Part shown: positions 10,681-20,126 of the stretch, in pieces
How positions within the stretch are numbered: the first letter of the stretch is position 1
How the letters are laid out: each line of letters starts with the position of its first letter
Assembly (NCBI GenBank): GCA_014380625.1
Contig: JACMJL010000185.1
Location: 1,896-65,895, forward strand
Source of the DNA: Clostridiaceae bacterium
Lineage (GTDB): Bacteria > Bacillota > Clostridia > Clostridiales > Clostridiaceae
Direction of reading: 5' to 3'
Length of the DNA: 64,000 nt
The notes under the pieces: model-generated
What the model was told of the DNA's origin: nothing
Database searches by the model: none
The model's input: only the letters and a program-made list of their open reading frames with translations
Translations under genes and position numbers: made by a program

Positions 10681-12309
10681 TTACTCATCTAATATTTCTA
10701 CTAATTCTTCTCCAAAGGTAGCAATTAAAATCTTTTCAGGGTCTATCATAGTTGTTGCTTCTTCAGTTTTATCGATGGTAAAGTGTATCCTTATTTTTTC
10801 CTTTAAAATTTCAGAGAATATTTCCTCTATTTGATGTCTCGGTTCATCCTTATCCAATCTTTTTTTACTAAAGGAATATTGTTCAGGAAAATTTATTTGA
10901 ACCACTGCATTTCTACAGCCTACAACCTCGCCAGTTATCAAACTAGCGTACACACTCATCATTCTACGAGTTTTAAAAATCTCTAATATGTCTCTCCAAG
11001 ATTTTTTAACCTGATCAAGAGTTACAGAGGATTCTTCACCAATTTCCTCAGGGATAACTTCACTCTTAACCTTATTAATAACCTTTTGTTTAGGAGTAAT
11101 TTGAGTATCCTTCTTTTCTTCTTGGGTGATAACTCTTTCTGATGATAAGTTAACACCCCCATCCTTAATAAGTTTCTCAAGTTTATTAATTCTTGAGAGT
11201 AACACCTCGGTGGAGGTATCATACTGAATCTTGCACATCTTTATAACTGCAAGTTCAAGGTAGATTCTACTTTGTTTACTCCACTTTGACTGTTCTTCAG
11301 CTTCCTGAAGAATTCTTATATCTCTCATAATTTCTTCAATTCTTATCTTTTCAGATTGTTTTTTTATTAATTCGATATTTTCCTTAGACATGTCTACAAC
11401 TTCCTCAGGATTATTACTGACCTTAACCATCATAAGATTTCTCATATGAAGCACCATATCCCTGATTAATGCATAAACATCTTTTCCACCAAAAACTATA
11501 TCCTCTATTAACTTCATAGACTTTTCTACATTTTTTTCAATGATAGCTTCTGATAAGCTTAAAAGCTTGTCATTAGTAACAAGTCCTAACATACTTATAA
11601 CCTGATCATATTCTACCTTCCCACCGCCCATAGAAATGGCTTGATCTAGAATACTTAGAGCATCTCTCATTGCGCCATCACACATTCTACTGATAAGGTT
11701 TAAGCTATTATCATCCGCAAAAACCCCTTGTTTATTTACTATTTTAAGTAATCTTTCATAAATCTCATCATTTTTAATTCTAGTAAAATTAAAGCGCTGA
11801 CATCTAGAAAGAATTGTTATTGGCAACTTTTGAGGATCAGTAGTTGCTAAAATAAAAATAACATTTTTAGGAGGTTCCTCTAAGGTCTTTAAAAAGGCAT
11901 TAACGGCCTCAACGGTTAACATATGAACCTCGTCAATTATATAAACCTTATATTTACCTTCTGTAGGTAAGTATTGAACATCTTCAATAATATCTCTCAT
12001 TTTATCAATTCCTCGATGAGAAGCCGCGTCCATTTCCACTACATCTATAGCGGTGCCAGAGTTTACCTTCAGGCACATGGCGCAGGCATTACAAGGTTCC
12101 CCATCTTGAAGATCTAGACAATTAACTGCTTTCGATAAAATTTTTGCGATAGTAGTTTTCCCTGTACCTCTTGTTCCACACAATAGATAAGCATGAGCGA
12201 TTCTACTACTTTTTATTTGATTTTTCAAAGTTATAGTTACCTGTTTCTGGCCAACCACTTCCTCAAAGGACTGCGGTCTCCATTCTCTATATAATGCAGT
12301 ATATGCCAT
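10681..12309 (-). CDS. dnaX: DNA polymerase III subunit tau (gamma/tau)
   Basis: Walker A GTRGTGKTT, zinc module CNACAMC, IIDEVHML, SRC motif LSRCQRF. I prefer the ATG at 12309 (GGGGTG RBS 6 nt upstream, MAYTALYREWRPQ..) over the track's GTG at 12318. Confidence 0.9.
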   Translation of the reverse strand: MAYTALYREWRPQSFEEVVGQKQVTITLKNQIKSSRIAHAYLLCGTRGTGKTTIAKILSKAVNCLDLQDGEPCNACAMCLKVNSGTAIDVVEMDAASHRGIDKMRDIIEDVQYLPTEGKYKVYIIDEVHMLTVEAVNAFLKTLEEPPKNVIFILATTDPQKLPITILSRCQRFNFTRIKNDEIYERLLKIVNKQGVFADDNSLNLISRMCDGAMRDALSILDQAISMGGGKVEYDQVISMLGLVTNDKLLSLSEAIIEKNVEKSMKLIEDIVFGGKDVYALIRDMVLHMRNLMMVKVSNNPEEVVDMSKENIELIKKQSEKIRIEEIMRDIRILQEAEEQSKWSKQSRIYLELAVIKMCKIQYDTSTEVLLSRINKLEKLIKDGGVNLSSERVITQEEKKDTQITPKQKVINKVKSEVIPEEIGEESSVTLDQVKKSWRDILEIFKTRRMMSVYASLITGEVVGCRNAVVQINFPEQYSFSKKRLDKDEPRHQIEEIFSEILKEKIRIHFTIDKTEEATTMIDPEKILIATFGEELVEILDE

Positions 12310-12357
12310 GTATTTCACCCCACTTAATCTATATATATTATACTATAGATTAATATT

Positions 12358-12849
12358 TTATTTAATCCTTTCTAAAATAAGAAAGTTATGTGGTATAGAG
12401 TTTTTCTCGTCTATAACACCCTCTATTTTAGAAACTTCTTTCCATTGACCCTTATCTATTTCAGGAAAATAGGTATCTCCCTGAAAGACCTTTTGTACCT
12501 TAGTTAAATATAACTTTTCACTGTAAGGCATAAGTGCTTTATAGATTTCTCCTCCGCCAATTACAAAGTATTCAATTTCTTCATTAAGAGATTGGAGTAA
12601 TTCCTCAACAGAATTAACTACCTCTACCATTTCACTTTGGGCTATAGAGGAACTATTTCTTGTTAAAACAATATGTTTCCTACCGGGAAGTATTTTAGGA
12701 AGAGACTCAAAAGTTTTTCTTCCCATAATTATGGTATGACCCATGGTGATCTCTTTAAAGTTCTTTAAATCATTAGATAATCGCCATAAAAGGTCATTAT
12801 CTTTTCCAATAACATTATTTTCAGCAACTGCTACTATAATTGAAAGCAT
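12358..12849 (-). CDS. folA: dihydrofolate reductase
   Basis: 163 aa. IGKDNDLLWRLSNDLKNFKEITMGHTIIMGRKTFES. Overlaps the thyA stop by 1 nt. Confidence 0.9.
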   Translation of the reverse strand: MLSIIVAVAENNVIGKDNDLLWRLSNDLKNFKEITMGHTIIMGRKTFESLPKILPGRKHIVLTRNSSSIAQSEMVEVVNSVEELLQSLNEEIEYFVIGGGEIYKALMPYSEKLYLTKVQKVFQGDTYFPEIDKGQWKEVSKIEGVIDEKNSIPHNFLILERIK

Positions 12850-13640
12850 TAGATAGCTACCTCCATTTGAATTTTTTCATGATATTTATAATCTATAAGC
12901 TTAATATCCTCAGGAGTAAATTCATAAAAATTATTTATCTCAGGATTTATCCAAAGTTTAGGGGCATCATAGGCATCATTAATTCTAGTTAATTGAAGCT
13001 TTAAACCCTCCACATGATTTTCATATATATGTGCATTGTTAATTACATGTGTAAAGAGCCCTGGTTTTAAACCAACTGCTTGAGCAATTAAATGAACTAG
13101 CACAGCATATTGACATGTATTAAAGGGTATTCCAAGCCCTGCATCTCCTGACCTTTGCACCAGCATACAATTAAGTCTACCATCCGTTACATCCCACATA
13201 GTTAAAAAACAGCAAGGGTGCAGCGCACCTGTATTCAAGTAAGGAATTTGCCATAGGTTAATCATCATTCGACGATCTTGAGGATTATTCTTTAAAGTAT
13301 TAATCAATTCATCGATTTGCTTAAACTTTTCAACCACAAACCCATAGGATGTTCCTATAGTCCCATCTTCCATCATCCATTCATCCCATATATGCACATT
13401 TTGTGCTTGAAGAGCTAATACATCATTACTCTGATCTTTAAAAATCCATAAAAGTTCTTTAACTGCAGTTTTAAAGGCAACAAATTTAGTTGTTATTATT
13501 GGAAACTCCTTCTGTAGATCAAACTGCATTATCTGATGGGGAAGCTTATATGTTGCCATCCCTGTTCTATTTTGATCATAATAACCTTCATTTAATATGT
13601 CATCAATTAATTTATGGTATTTGATATCCGCTACACTCAT
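12849..13640 (-). CDS. thyA: thymidylate synthase (ThyA)
   Basis: 263 aa. Catalytic-Cys region LHPCCFL and [13 protein letters not shown]. Confidence 0.9.
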   Translation of the reverse strand: MSVADIKYHKLIDDILNEGYYDQNRTGMATYKLPHQIMQFDLQKEFPIITTKFVAFKTAVKELLWIFKDQSNDVLALQAQNVHIWDEWMMEDGTIGTSYGFVVEKFKQIDELINTLKNNPQDRRMMINLWQIPYLNTGALHPCCFLTMWDVTDGRLNCMLVQRSGDAGLGIPFNTCQYAVLVHLIAQAVGLKPGLFTHVINNAHIYENHVEGLKLQLTRINDAYDAPKLWINPEINNFYEFTPEDIKLIDYKYHEKIQMEVAI

Positions 13641-13807
13641 TTACATAACCCCTTTTTAAAATATGTTATGTATATTATAACATATTTTAAAACACATAAT
13701 GTTCACATAAATATTTTGAAATGTTTTGAAAATTATATGATAGAATATAATAAAAGATGTATTTATATGTCTTAACGCTTAATAAACTGGGGGTGTTACT
13801 CTTGTCA

Positions 13808-14488
13808 ATGAAGATATATCTTGTAGAAGATGAAAAAAGTTTAAATATTCTACTAGAAAAATACCTACAACGTGAAGGTTATGAAGTAACCACTTTTTCA
13901 ACTGGTAATTCTGCAATAGCAAGAATTAAAGACATGCCAGATCTTTGGATACTAGACATAATGCTTCCGGATATCGACGGCTATGAAATTATTAAAGCTA
14001 TTAAAAATAATAATAAAAATACACCTGTTATCTTTATGTCTGCAAGAAATGAAGAACTAGATAGAGTTGTTGGACTGGAACTAGGTAGCGATGATTATTT
14101 ATCAAAGCCATTTTTACCTAGAGAACTTATTATTAGAACAAATAAACTTTTAGAGAGAATTTATGATATAGATAAAAATATAAACCTTCAAGCCAACGTT
14201 GACTTAGCTATAGCAGGCTATAATATTAGCAAGAAACAAAGAACGGTTTTTCTAGGATCAGAAGAGATTATATTAACCAACAAAGAATTTGAATTACTAA
14301 ATTATTTTATTGAAAACAAAAATAATTTAGTATCTAGAGAACAAATATTAGATACAGTTTGGGGAGATGATTACTTTGGATCAGACAGAGTGGTTGATGA
14401 CACCATAAGGAGAATCAGAAAGAAATTAGATAAGTTTACCATAGATACAATATATGGTTATGGCTATAAATTGGTGTATAAAGCATGA
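13808..14488 (+). CDS. OmpR/PhoB-family response regulator
   Basis: Receiver domain (MKIYLVEDE.., LDIMLPDIDG) plus a winged-helix C-terminus (GYGYKL). ATG at 13808 with a GGGGGTG RBS is preferred over the track start at 13757. Confidence 0.85.
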   Translation: MKIYLVEDEKSLNILLEKYLQREGYEVTTFSTGNSAIARIKDMPDLWILDIMLPDIDGYEIIKAIKNNNKNTPVIFMSARNEELDRVVGLELGSDDYLSKPFLPRELIIRTNKLLERIYDIDKNINLQANVDLAIAGYNISKKQRTVFLGSEEIILTNKEFELLNYFIENKNNLVSREQILDTVWGDDYFGSDRVVDDTIRRIRKKLDKFTIDTIYGYGYKLVYKA

Positions 14489-15861
14489 AGAAGTTTAAAT
14501 ATAAATCTCTAACCATGAGAATATGGACAACTTTTACAATCATTATATTAATAATAATTTTTAGCATTTCATTTTTCTATCTGGTTGCCTTTAGAACCAT
14601 AAATGAAAAGGCTAAAATTGAAGACTTAAAGGTGGCTCATGATACCCTATTAACAGCTAATAACTTTACGCAACCTATTAGATTTGATCAATATAAAAAT
14701 CTAAAAGGCAGTGATTATTTTATTTTTAATAATAAAGCTGGAATTATTAATGTAAATAAAGGGCATGGTTTTCCAGGAGATGCACAAAAGGGTCCTAACA
14801 CACCTTTTGGTGTGAATGATACAGATGTTAAACAATGGATGTCACGTTTCATTACAACTGATACTATTAACGATCAGGAATTTAAAAAGTCCTACAATAA
14901 TATGAAATTTATTTTTATAATAAGTTCAGTTGAGTATGGGAATACAGGAAAGTCTTATCTAATAACTTATTTGCCTGAAAGGGAAGATAATAGTTTGTTT
15001 TATATGGTACTTGGTGTAGGAATTATATTTATAGCAATTGGTTTTCTAACTGCTAAATTAGTTGCAAATTATATTTCAAAACCCCTTAAGGAGCTTGAAA
15101 ATTATACTATTAGAATAGCCCATAAGGATTGGAAGGAACCTATCAAGGTTAAAAGTGAAGACGAGATTGGAAGACTGGTCAACTCCATGAATATGATGCA
15201 AAAGGAATTAAAACGTGCAGACGAAGAAGAAAAAATGTTTTTGCAGAGTATATCCCATGATTTAAAAACACCGGTTATGGTAATTATGAGCCATGCTGAG
15301 GCTATTATTGATGGTGTGTATGTGGAGTCAGTGGAGAAAACCGCTGAAATAATAAGGGATGAGGCATTAAGTTTAGAAAAAAAGGTTAAGCAGATGTTAT
15401 ATTTAAATACCCTAGATTACGTTTTAGAAAATAACTTTGAAAATATTGAAATTAACTTGCAACGCTTACTTTTCCATATTATAAATAGATTTAAAGTAAT
15501 CAATAATAATATCATCTGGGATTTAAACATTGAAGAGGCTATGATAAATGGAAACGTGGATAAAGTACAGATTTCCATTGAAAACATATTAGATAATAGC
15601 CTTAGATATGTTAACGAGAAAATTTGTGTAACTCTGAAAAAAGAAGGTGACTTTGCAGTCATAGAGATATATAACGATGGACCTAATATCCCGGAGGAGC
15701 ATATTTCTCATATCTTTGATAATTTCTATAAAGATAAGACTGGCAACTTCGGTCTCGGGTTAGCTATTTGTAAAAAGATCACAAACTTTTACCAGGGTGA
15801 ATTAGAGGCAGTAAATAGGGAGTCTGGTGTTAGTTTTTTAATTAAATATCCGTTTAAATAA
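14485..15861 (+). CDS. sensor histidine kinase (HAMP-HisKA-HATPase)
   Basis: Two TM segments, H-box FLQSISHDLKTPV, N box ENILDNSLRYV, G boxes YNDGPNI and GLGLAICKKI. 4-nt overlap with the regulator gene. Confidence 0.85.
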   Translation: MKKFKYKSLTMRIWTTFTIIILIIIFSISFFYLVAFRTINEKAKIEDLKVAHDTLLTANNFTQPIRFDQYKNLKGSDYFIFNNKAGIINVNKGHGFPGDAQKGPNTPFGVNDTDVKQWMSRFITTDTINDQEFKKSYNNMKFIFIISSVEYGNTGKSYLITYLPEREDNSLFYMVLGVGIIFIAIGFLTAKLVANYISKPLKELENYTIRIAHKDWKEPIKVKSEDEIGRLVNSMNMMQKELKRADEEEKMFLQSISHDLKTPVMVIMSHAEAIIDGVYVESVEKTAEIIRDEALSLEKKVKQMLYLNTLDYVLENNFENIEINLQRLLFHIINRFKVINNNIIWDLNIEEAMINGNVDKVQISIENILDNSLRYVNEKICVTLKKEGDFAVIEIYNDGPNIPEEHISHIFDNFYKDKTGNFGLGLAICKKITNFYQGELEAVNRESGVSFLIKYPFK

Positions 15862-15872
15862 ACATTATTTTT

Positions 15873-15902
15873 AAGGGAAGCCTGGGGCTTCCTTTTATTT
15901 TT
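15873..15902 (+). terminator. terminator after the kinase gene
   Basis: Hairpin GGGAAGCC-TGG-GGCTTCCT (15875-15893) followed by TTTTATTTTTT. Confidence 0.6.
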
Positions 15903-16200
15903 TAACTACTTTGTAAACCATAAAACCTAAAATACAACCTATTGTATTTAGGATAACATCATCCACATCCAACACCCCCACATTTAGACTAAACTGCCCG
16001 ATCTCGATACAAATTATAATAAAAACGCAGGTCAACCCTGTATTAATTACCTTGGCAGATTTTCTAAATAATAGTGACATGAAAAACCCTAGCGGTATAA
16101 AGGTAATAATATTTGCTATAAGATTTATAAATAATACTTGAAAATTATATCTATTAGCATTAAAAAGGAATTCACTAACGGTTTTAAATTGAAAATATAG
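15895..16200 (-). pseudogene. VanZ-like protein, 5'-degraded remnant
   Basis: The open frame codes ..FQFKTVSEFLFNANRYNFQVLFINLIANIITFIPLGFFMSLLFRK...LDVDDVILNTIGCILGFMVYK (VanZ motifs). There is no ATG, GTG or TTG between the in-frame TGA (16201-16203) and M at 16080. A GGAGG RBS followed by ATG-TAA sits at 16257-16282, and stops occur in all frames between it and the open frame. Confidence 0.5.
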
Positions 16201-16503
16201 TACAATTATTCATTTACTTTATTATACAGAATATTATTCAATACTTAAAGTATTTACATGATAGTATATAGGTTTCCTCCGTTATACTAAAGTCTCTAAA
16301 TTTGTATAAGAATGAGTTATATTTCAGCCTGAGAGCCGCCTTAGCCAATTTTTTTGTTAAGATAATTTCTCTAATATACTATCTTTGCTTTCCTCCATCA
16401 CATAAAGTTCACATACTTATTTGACACTGTCATTACAATTTGTATTTATACTTAAATCTATAGAAAAACATTAGAAGTTCAACACAAATGAGGAGGTAAC
16501 ATA

Positions 16504-18223
16504 ATGAATGTTTTCAGAAACATCAAACTAGCAAAAAAAATTACTCTACTATCCATAAGTTTTTTTATTTTCCTTTTGGTCATAGGGTATACATCCATAA
16601 CCCAAATATCTAAGGTTAATTCCCATATTACGGAGTTAAGCAATGAGAGAATGGATCCTATTTTAGAAATGGAAAATTTAAAATCTGATATTGAGTACAT
16701 TAGAGCTCAAGGTAATTCATTAATGGATGCTACGGATGAAGCAGGAAAAAAAACTGTTCTTACTGCTATTTCAGCACTAATAGCTGATGTTGATAAGGGA
16801 TTATCCAACAAAAAAAAACAATACAGATTATAAAGCTTTACTTGCCAATTATGATAGCTTTATAAAAGCGAAAGATGTTTTTGTAGCAGCGGAGAGTGCT
16901 GTAAAAGTACAAGGAAGTCAAGCAACAACAGGAGAAGGTCCCCCTATAGGTATGTTAAACTTTGATAAAACTAAACTTGCTCTTGTAGCATCTTTTGATG
17001 ATATTATTAATAAACAGGTGGCTGCAGCAAAAGAAACCTATGCTGATAGTAAAACTGTTTATACCACTACATTAATAGAGCTTTTAGCTTTGTTTACTGT
17101 TTCTTCTATTGTAATAATAATTTTATCTATAATTATTATAAGATCAATTATTGTTCCTATCAACAAGGTAACCACAAAGTTAAAAGAGATATCTCAGAGC
17201 AATGGTGATCTAACCCAAAGAATTAATTATGAAAGTAAGGATGAAATTGGAGAATTAAGTAGTAGCTTTGATTTATTTATAGGAAAACTTCAATCAATAA
17301 TTAGTGAAGTAGCTGTTTCAGCTGAAACTATTTCTACTTCTAGTAATCAATTAAACAATGCGGCGAAAGTAACAACACAATCTTTAGAAGAAATATCAAC
17401 TACAGTTGTGAGCATTGCCTCAGGCACTTCAGATGGAGCTGCCGTTGCCCAAGAAACTTCCGCAAGCCTTACCGAGGCTACAAGATTTTCGGAAGCAACT
17501 TCACAGGCAAGCAAAAATACTGCCCATAATAGTAGAAAGGCCAAGGAAGCTGCTGAAGAGGGTTCAACTAAGATATCTGAAGTTGTTTCATCTATAAATG
17601 AAATAGCGACCTCTTCAAAAGAAGTTTCAACAATAATAAATGAATTAGATGTTTCTTCAAAAAAGATTGGCGACATTATTAAAATAATAACATCAATATC
17701 GGAGCAAACTAACCTACTAGCATTAAATGCCGCAATTGAAGCGGCACGTGCAGGAGAGGCAGGCAGAGGTTTTAATGTGGTATCAGATGAAATCAGAAAG
17801 TTAGCGGATGAAAGTAATAAGGCAGCTAAGGAAATCTCTTCCTTAGTTATGGAGAATCAATTAAAATCAGCATCTGCAGTAAACTCAGTGAACCAAGTTG
17901 AAAAGAAAGTATCTCTCGGAGTTTCTAAAGCCTCTGAAGTTGGACAAAGTATATATAATATAATTAAAAATATAAAGGATATTGCATTGGAAATAGAACA
18001 AATAGATAATGCAAATGACCAACAACTACAGGGTACTAAGGAAATTGAGAAGGCTATTAGTAATATAGCTATAAACTCCAATGAAATAGCCGGAAGCACA
18101 GAAAACATAAGTGCAAGTATAGAGGAACAGCTAAGTGTAATGAATGAAATAGAGAAAACTACAGAGAACTTATCTGAAATGGCTAAGAAACTAAGTAAAA
18201 TGACCTCTGGATTTAAAGTATAA
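16504..18223 (+). pseudogene. methyl-accepting chemotaxis protein interrupted by a frameshift in an A9 tract
   Basis: ORF 16504-16833 holds the TM segment and 4HB-type sensor N-terminus. ORF 16787-18223 holds the second TM, HAMP and MCP signalling domains ([20 protein letters not shown]). The frames differ by +1 and switch at A9 (16810-16818). Removing one A gives a continuous 572-codon MCP. Confidence 0.7.
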
Positions 18224-18243
18224 CCTTTTTAATTATGCATAAT

Positions 18244-18281
18244 TAAAAAAACACAATAAACCAAACGTTTATTGTGTTTAA
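18244..18281. terminator. bidirectional terminator (MCP gene / SRP RNA)
   Basis: 11-bp stem ACACAATAAAC/GTTTATTGTGT (18251-18277), flanked by A7 upstream and a T-rich tail downstream. Confidence 0.7.
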
Positions 18282-18302
18282 TATTATAATTTAATATGTA
18301 AT

Positions 18303-18572
18303 GCCGTGCACCCAGCGTCGACATTAACTTATGAGCGTTACCATTATAGGTGGCTCAAGTCAGATTTTTCCACGGCACACGAAAGTTTTTGCTTACCGCT
18401 GCTTCCTTCCGGATCTGACGGAGTTCACAAATTTTCGTTGCGTGGGACCCGACTCTCAACACCACTTCTAATGGTCAGACCTCACAAGTTAAGGCCTCAA
18501 CTGGGAATTCAACCCTGCTACAGCGGATTGCAGGTTACAGGGCACCGCTATCTCCCCATCTAGCACGACAAA
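18303..18572 (-). ncRNA. ffs: signal recognition particle RNA, long (Bacillus scRNA-type, with Alu domain)
   Basis: The reverse complement reads GTCGTGCTAGATGGGGAGATAGCGGTGCCCTGTAACCTGCAATCCGCTGTAGCAGGG ... GTCAGATCCGGAAGGAAGCAGC ... GGTGCACGGC. It is colinear with B. subtilis scRNA as I recall it, including the domain IV motif. Ends are approximate (+/-5 nt). Confidence 0.85.
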
Positions 18573-18579
18573 GTTTAAC

Positions 18580-18669
18580 TGGCGGAGAAAAGGGGATTCG
18601 AACCCCTGGTAGAGTTGCCCCTACACACGCTTTCCAGGCGTGCTCCTTAAACCGCTCGGACATCTCTCC
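18580..18669 (-). tRNA. tRNA-Ser(GGA): tRNA-Ser (anticodon GGA), CCA encoded
   Basis: The reverse complement GGAGAGATGTCCGAGCGGTTTAAGGAGCACGCCTGGAAAGCGTGTGTAGGGGCAACTCTACCAGGGGTTCGAATCCCCTTTTCTCCGCCA folds as follows: 7-bp acceptor stem, anticodon stem CACGC/GCGTG with loop CTGGAAA, long variable arm, GGTTCGAATCC T-loop, discriminator G. Confidence 0.9.
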
Positions 18670-18747
18670 ACGTATGACACAGTCTATACATATTTCTTTC
18701 GCGATTAAACAATCACGCTTGAGACACATTTAACTGCTACGAAACTT

Positions 18748-18776
18748 ATTATATACGTTTATACTCTAACCGTCAA
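18748..18776 (-). promoter_or_regulatory. sigma-A promoter for the tRNA-Ser / SRP RNA transcript
   Basis: On the minus strand, TTGACG (18776-18771), a 17-nt spacer, then TATAAT (18753-18748). About 70 nt upstream of the tRNA 5' end. Confidence 0.7.
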
Positions 18777-18961
18777 TACGGAAATTTTTACTAACCCTTG
18801 ACCATTGTTTTAGTTAACAAAGAGTAATACTGTTCATTCGACAAATATTTCACTATGTATTCCAATATACATTAATAATGCTAAATTCTTCTAAACTATT
18901 AGTGTAATTTACTTGTTTTATTCCATTAAAAAGGTTTACATTAAATTTTTTCAAAAAAGTA

Positions 18962-18990
18962 TTGACTTAGTGCTAGGTTTTTGTTATTAT
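18962..18990 (+). promoter_or_regulatory. candidate sigma-A promoter with no ORF behind it
   Basis: TTGACT (18962-18967), a 17-nt spacer, then TATTAT (18985-18990). A TATAAT also lies 9 nt further on. Confidence 0.45.
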
Positions 18991-19087
18991 TTATATAATG
19001 AAGTCGAATATTGCTTAAAATATTTAATTTGCCAGTTTCAAAACTTTATATAGATATTAGGAAATATAATCCCTATCCCTTTTCACA

Positions 19088-19125
19088 CCATTTGAGTCCC
19101 CACTCAAATGGTTTTATTTTTTTTT
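19088..19125 (+). terminator. rho-independent terminator
   Basis: CCATTTGAGT-CCCC-ACTCAAATGG (19088-19111) followed by TTTTATTTTTTTTT. Confidence 0.75.
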
Positions 19126-19218
19126 GGTAAATACCTTACTTTAATCTTAGAATTAATACTAATATGTTAGAATATATTAATATCAATAGTAATATTTAAT
19201 TCGGGAGTCAAATTATAT

Positions 19219-19497
19219 ATGTATTCAACTTGGTTTTTTCTTTGCTTAATTATAATTATATTAATTTTTCTTTTAGTTTACACCACAAAAGACCTAGAGG
19301 CACTTATAATCTCAGGCTTCATTATTATGGCTTATTTTTTTCTCAAATTGATTATTTATATTATCAACTTCATAAACTCTCAAGACCTAATGTCTAATCT
19401 AGGCTCAAGTTTTTTAACCTTTATAAAATATATAACTGCTTGTTTGCTTTTCACTCTAGTTTTTGTATTTACCTATCCTTTTTTAAAAAGAAGATGA
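19219..19497 (+). CDS. small hypothetical membrane protein
   Basis: 92 aa with three hydrophobic helices and a GGGAG RBS about 10 nt upstream. I recognise no family. Confidence 0.5.
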   Translation: MYSTWFFLCLIIIILIFLLVYTTKDLEALIISGFIIMAYFFLKLIIYIINFINSQDLMSNLGSSFLTFIKYITACLLFTLVFVFTYPFLKRR

Positions 19498-19580
19498 TTA
19501 AGGCTGCATATTTATGTAAAGGAGATGAAATAATAATTTCTTCTCCTTAAGGTTATAATGTTAGCTAGTAGCCAAAAAAG

Positions 19581-20066
19581 TTATTCATATTTAAATGGCT
19601 CTTTATGAGTTTCCTCTTCTCCATTTAAATCCAACTTATCTAGCACATTGCTAGTAGGAATGTTTTCAATTCCTTTTGGCAATTGAAAGTTAGGATTATT
19701 TAAGGTTCCCCCCATATCACTAATTATTCCCTTTATATTCTCACCTTCTTTATCATCTGCTTCTACTATTACCTTATAATTGACATCCGCTATCTCTTTA
19801 AAATTACCCATACCGCTTGCCATTGGACTTGCTGCTAAAAGTGGTCCTTTATCGGGGTCTCCTAAAGAACCACTTACATCAAGTACCAAGCTGGACAGAC
19901 TTGAAGGATTCTGGGCTCTGCCTGATTGTACAAAGTTATTACTTCTAACACTATAATGTTCATTTAAATCCGAAACTGTCTTTAAATATCCAGCCTTTTT
20001 TAACTTTTCCACCGCAATATTTGCATTTTTTATACCACTAAAATATCCCTCTATTTTCATTCTCAT
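19581..20066 (-). CDS. hypothetical protein (weak resemblance to general-stress YflT-type domain)
   Basis: 161 aa, soluble. The N-terminal MKIEGYFSGIKNANIAVEKLKKAGY resembles YflT/GsiB-neighbour-type stress proteins. RBS AGGAGAG present. Confidence 0.5.
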   Translation of the reverse strand: MRMKIEGYFSGIKNANIAVEKLKKAGYLKTVSDLNEHYSVRSNNFVQSGRAQNPSSLSSLVLDVSGSLGDPDKGPLLAASPMASGMGNFKEIADVNYKVIVEADDKEGENIKGIISDMGGTLNNPNFQLPKGIENIPTSNVLDKLDLNGEEETHKEPFKYE

Positions 20067-20126
20067 CTCTCCTTCTATACTCTAGTGTTAACAATAGCAA
20101 TTATTTTATCCTTATGATAAAATAAT

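Noticed and set aside
11359-11365. A_AAA_AAA heptamer in frame inside dnaX (..TTA ATA AAA AAA CAA TCT GAA..). A -1 slip would read ACA ATC TGA and stop after 2 codons, which is reminiscent of the E. coli tau/gamma frameshift.
   Set aside because: The site is at about codon 316 of 542. That is inside the helical domain III needed for clamp-loader assembly, so the short product would probably be non-functional. No downstream stimulatory hairpin is evident. A7 runs are common in this AT-rich genome, and Firmicutes are generally thought to make only tau.
13757-13807. Longer N-terminal extensions proposed by the ORF track. Examples: 13757, 12318, 20125, 28287, 30229, 35018, 45446, 48745 and 61837.
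   Set aside because: In each case an internal ATG is preceded by a good Shine-Dalgarno sequence at 5-10 nt and gives the N-terminus typical of the family. The extensions overlap upstream genes, terminators or palindromes.
16787-16833. Treating 16787 ([10 protein letters not shown]..) as the genuine start of an independent, N-terminally truncated chemoreceptor.
   Set aside because: There is no RBS in front of it. The upstream ORF supplies exactly the missing TM1 and sensor domain, and the two frames meet at the A9 tract. A single disrupted gene is the simpler reading.
18306-18729. Track ORFs 18306-18563 (+) and 18535-18729 (-).
   Set aside because: They lie entirely over the SRP RNA and tRNA-Ser genes. 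They have no RBS, and their composition reflects structured RNA rather than coding sequence.
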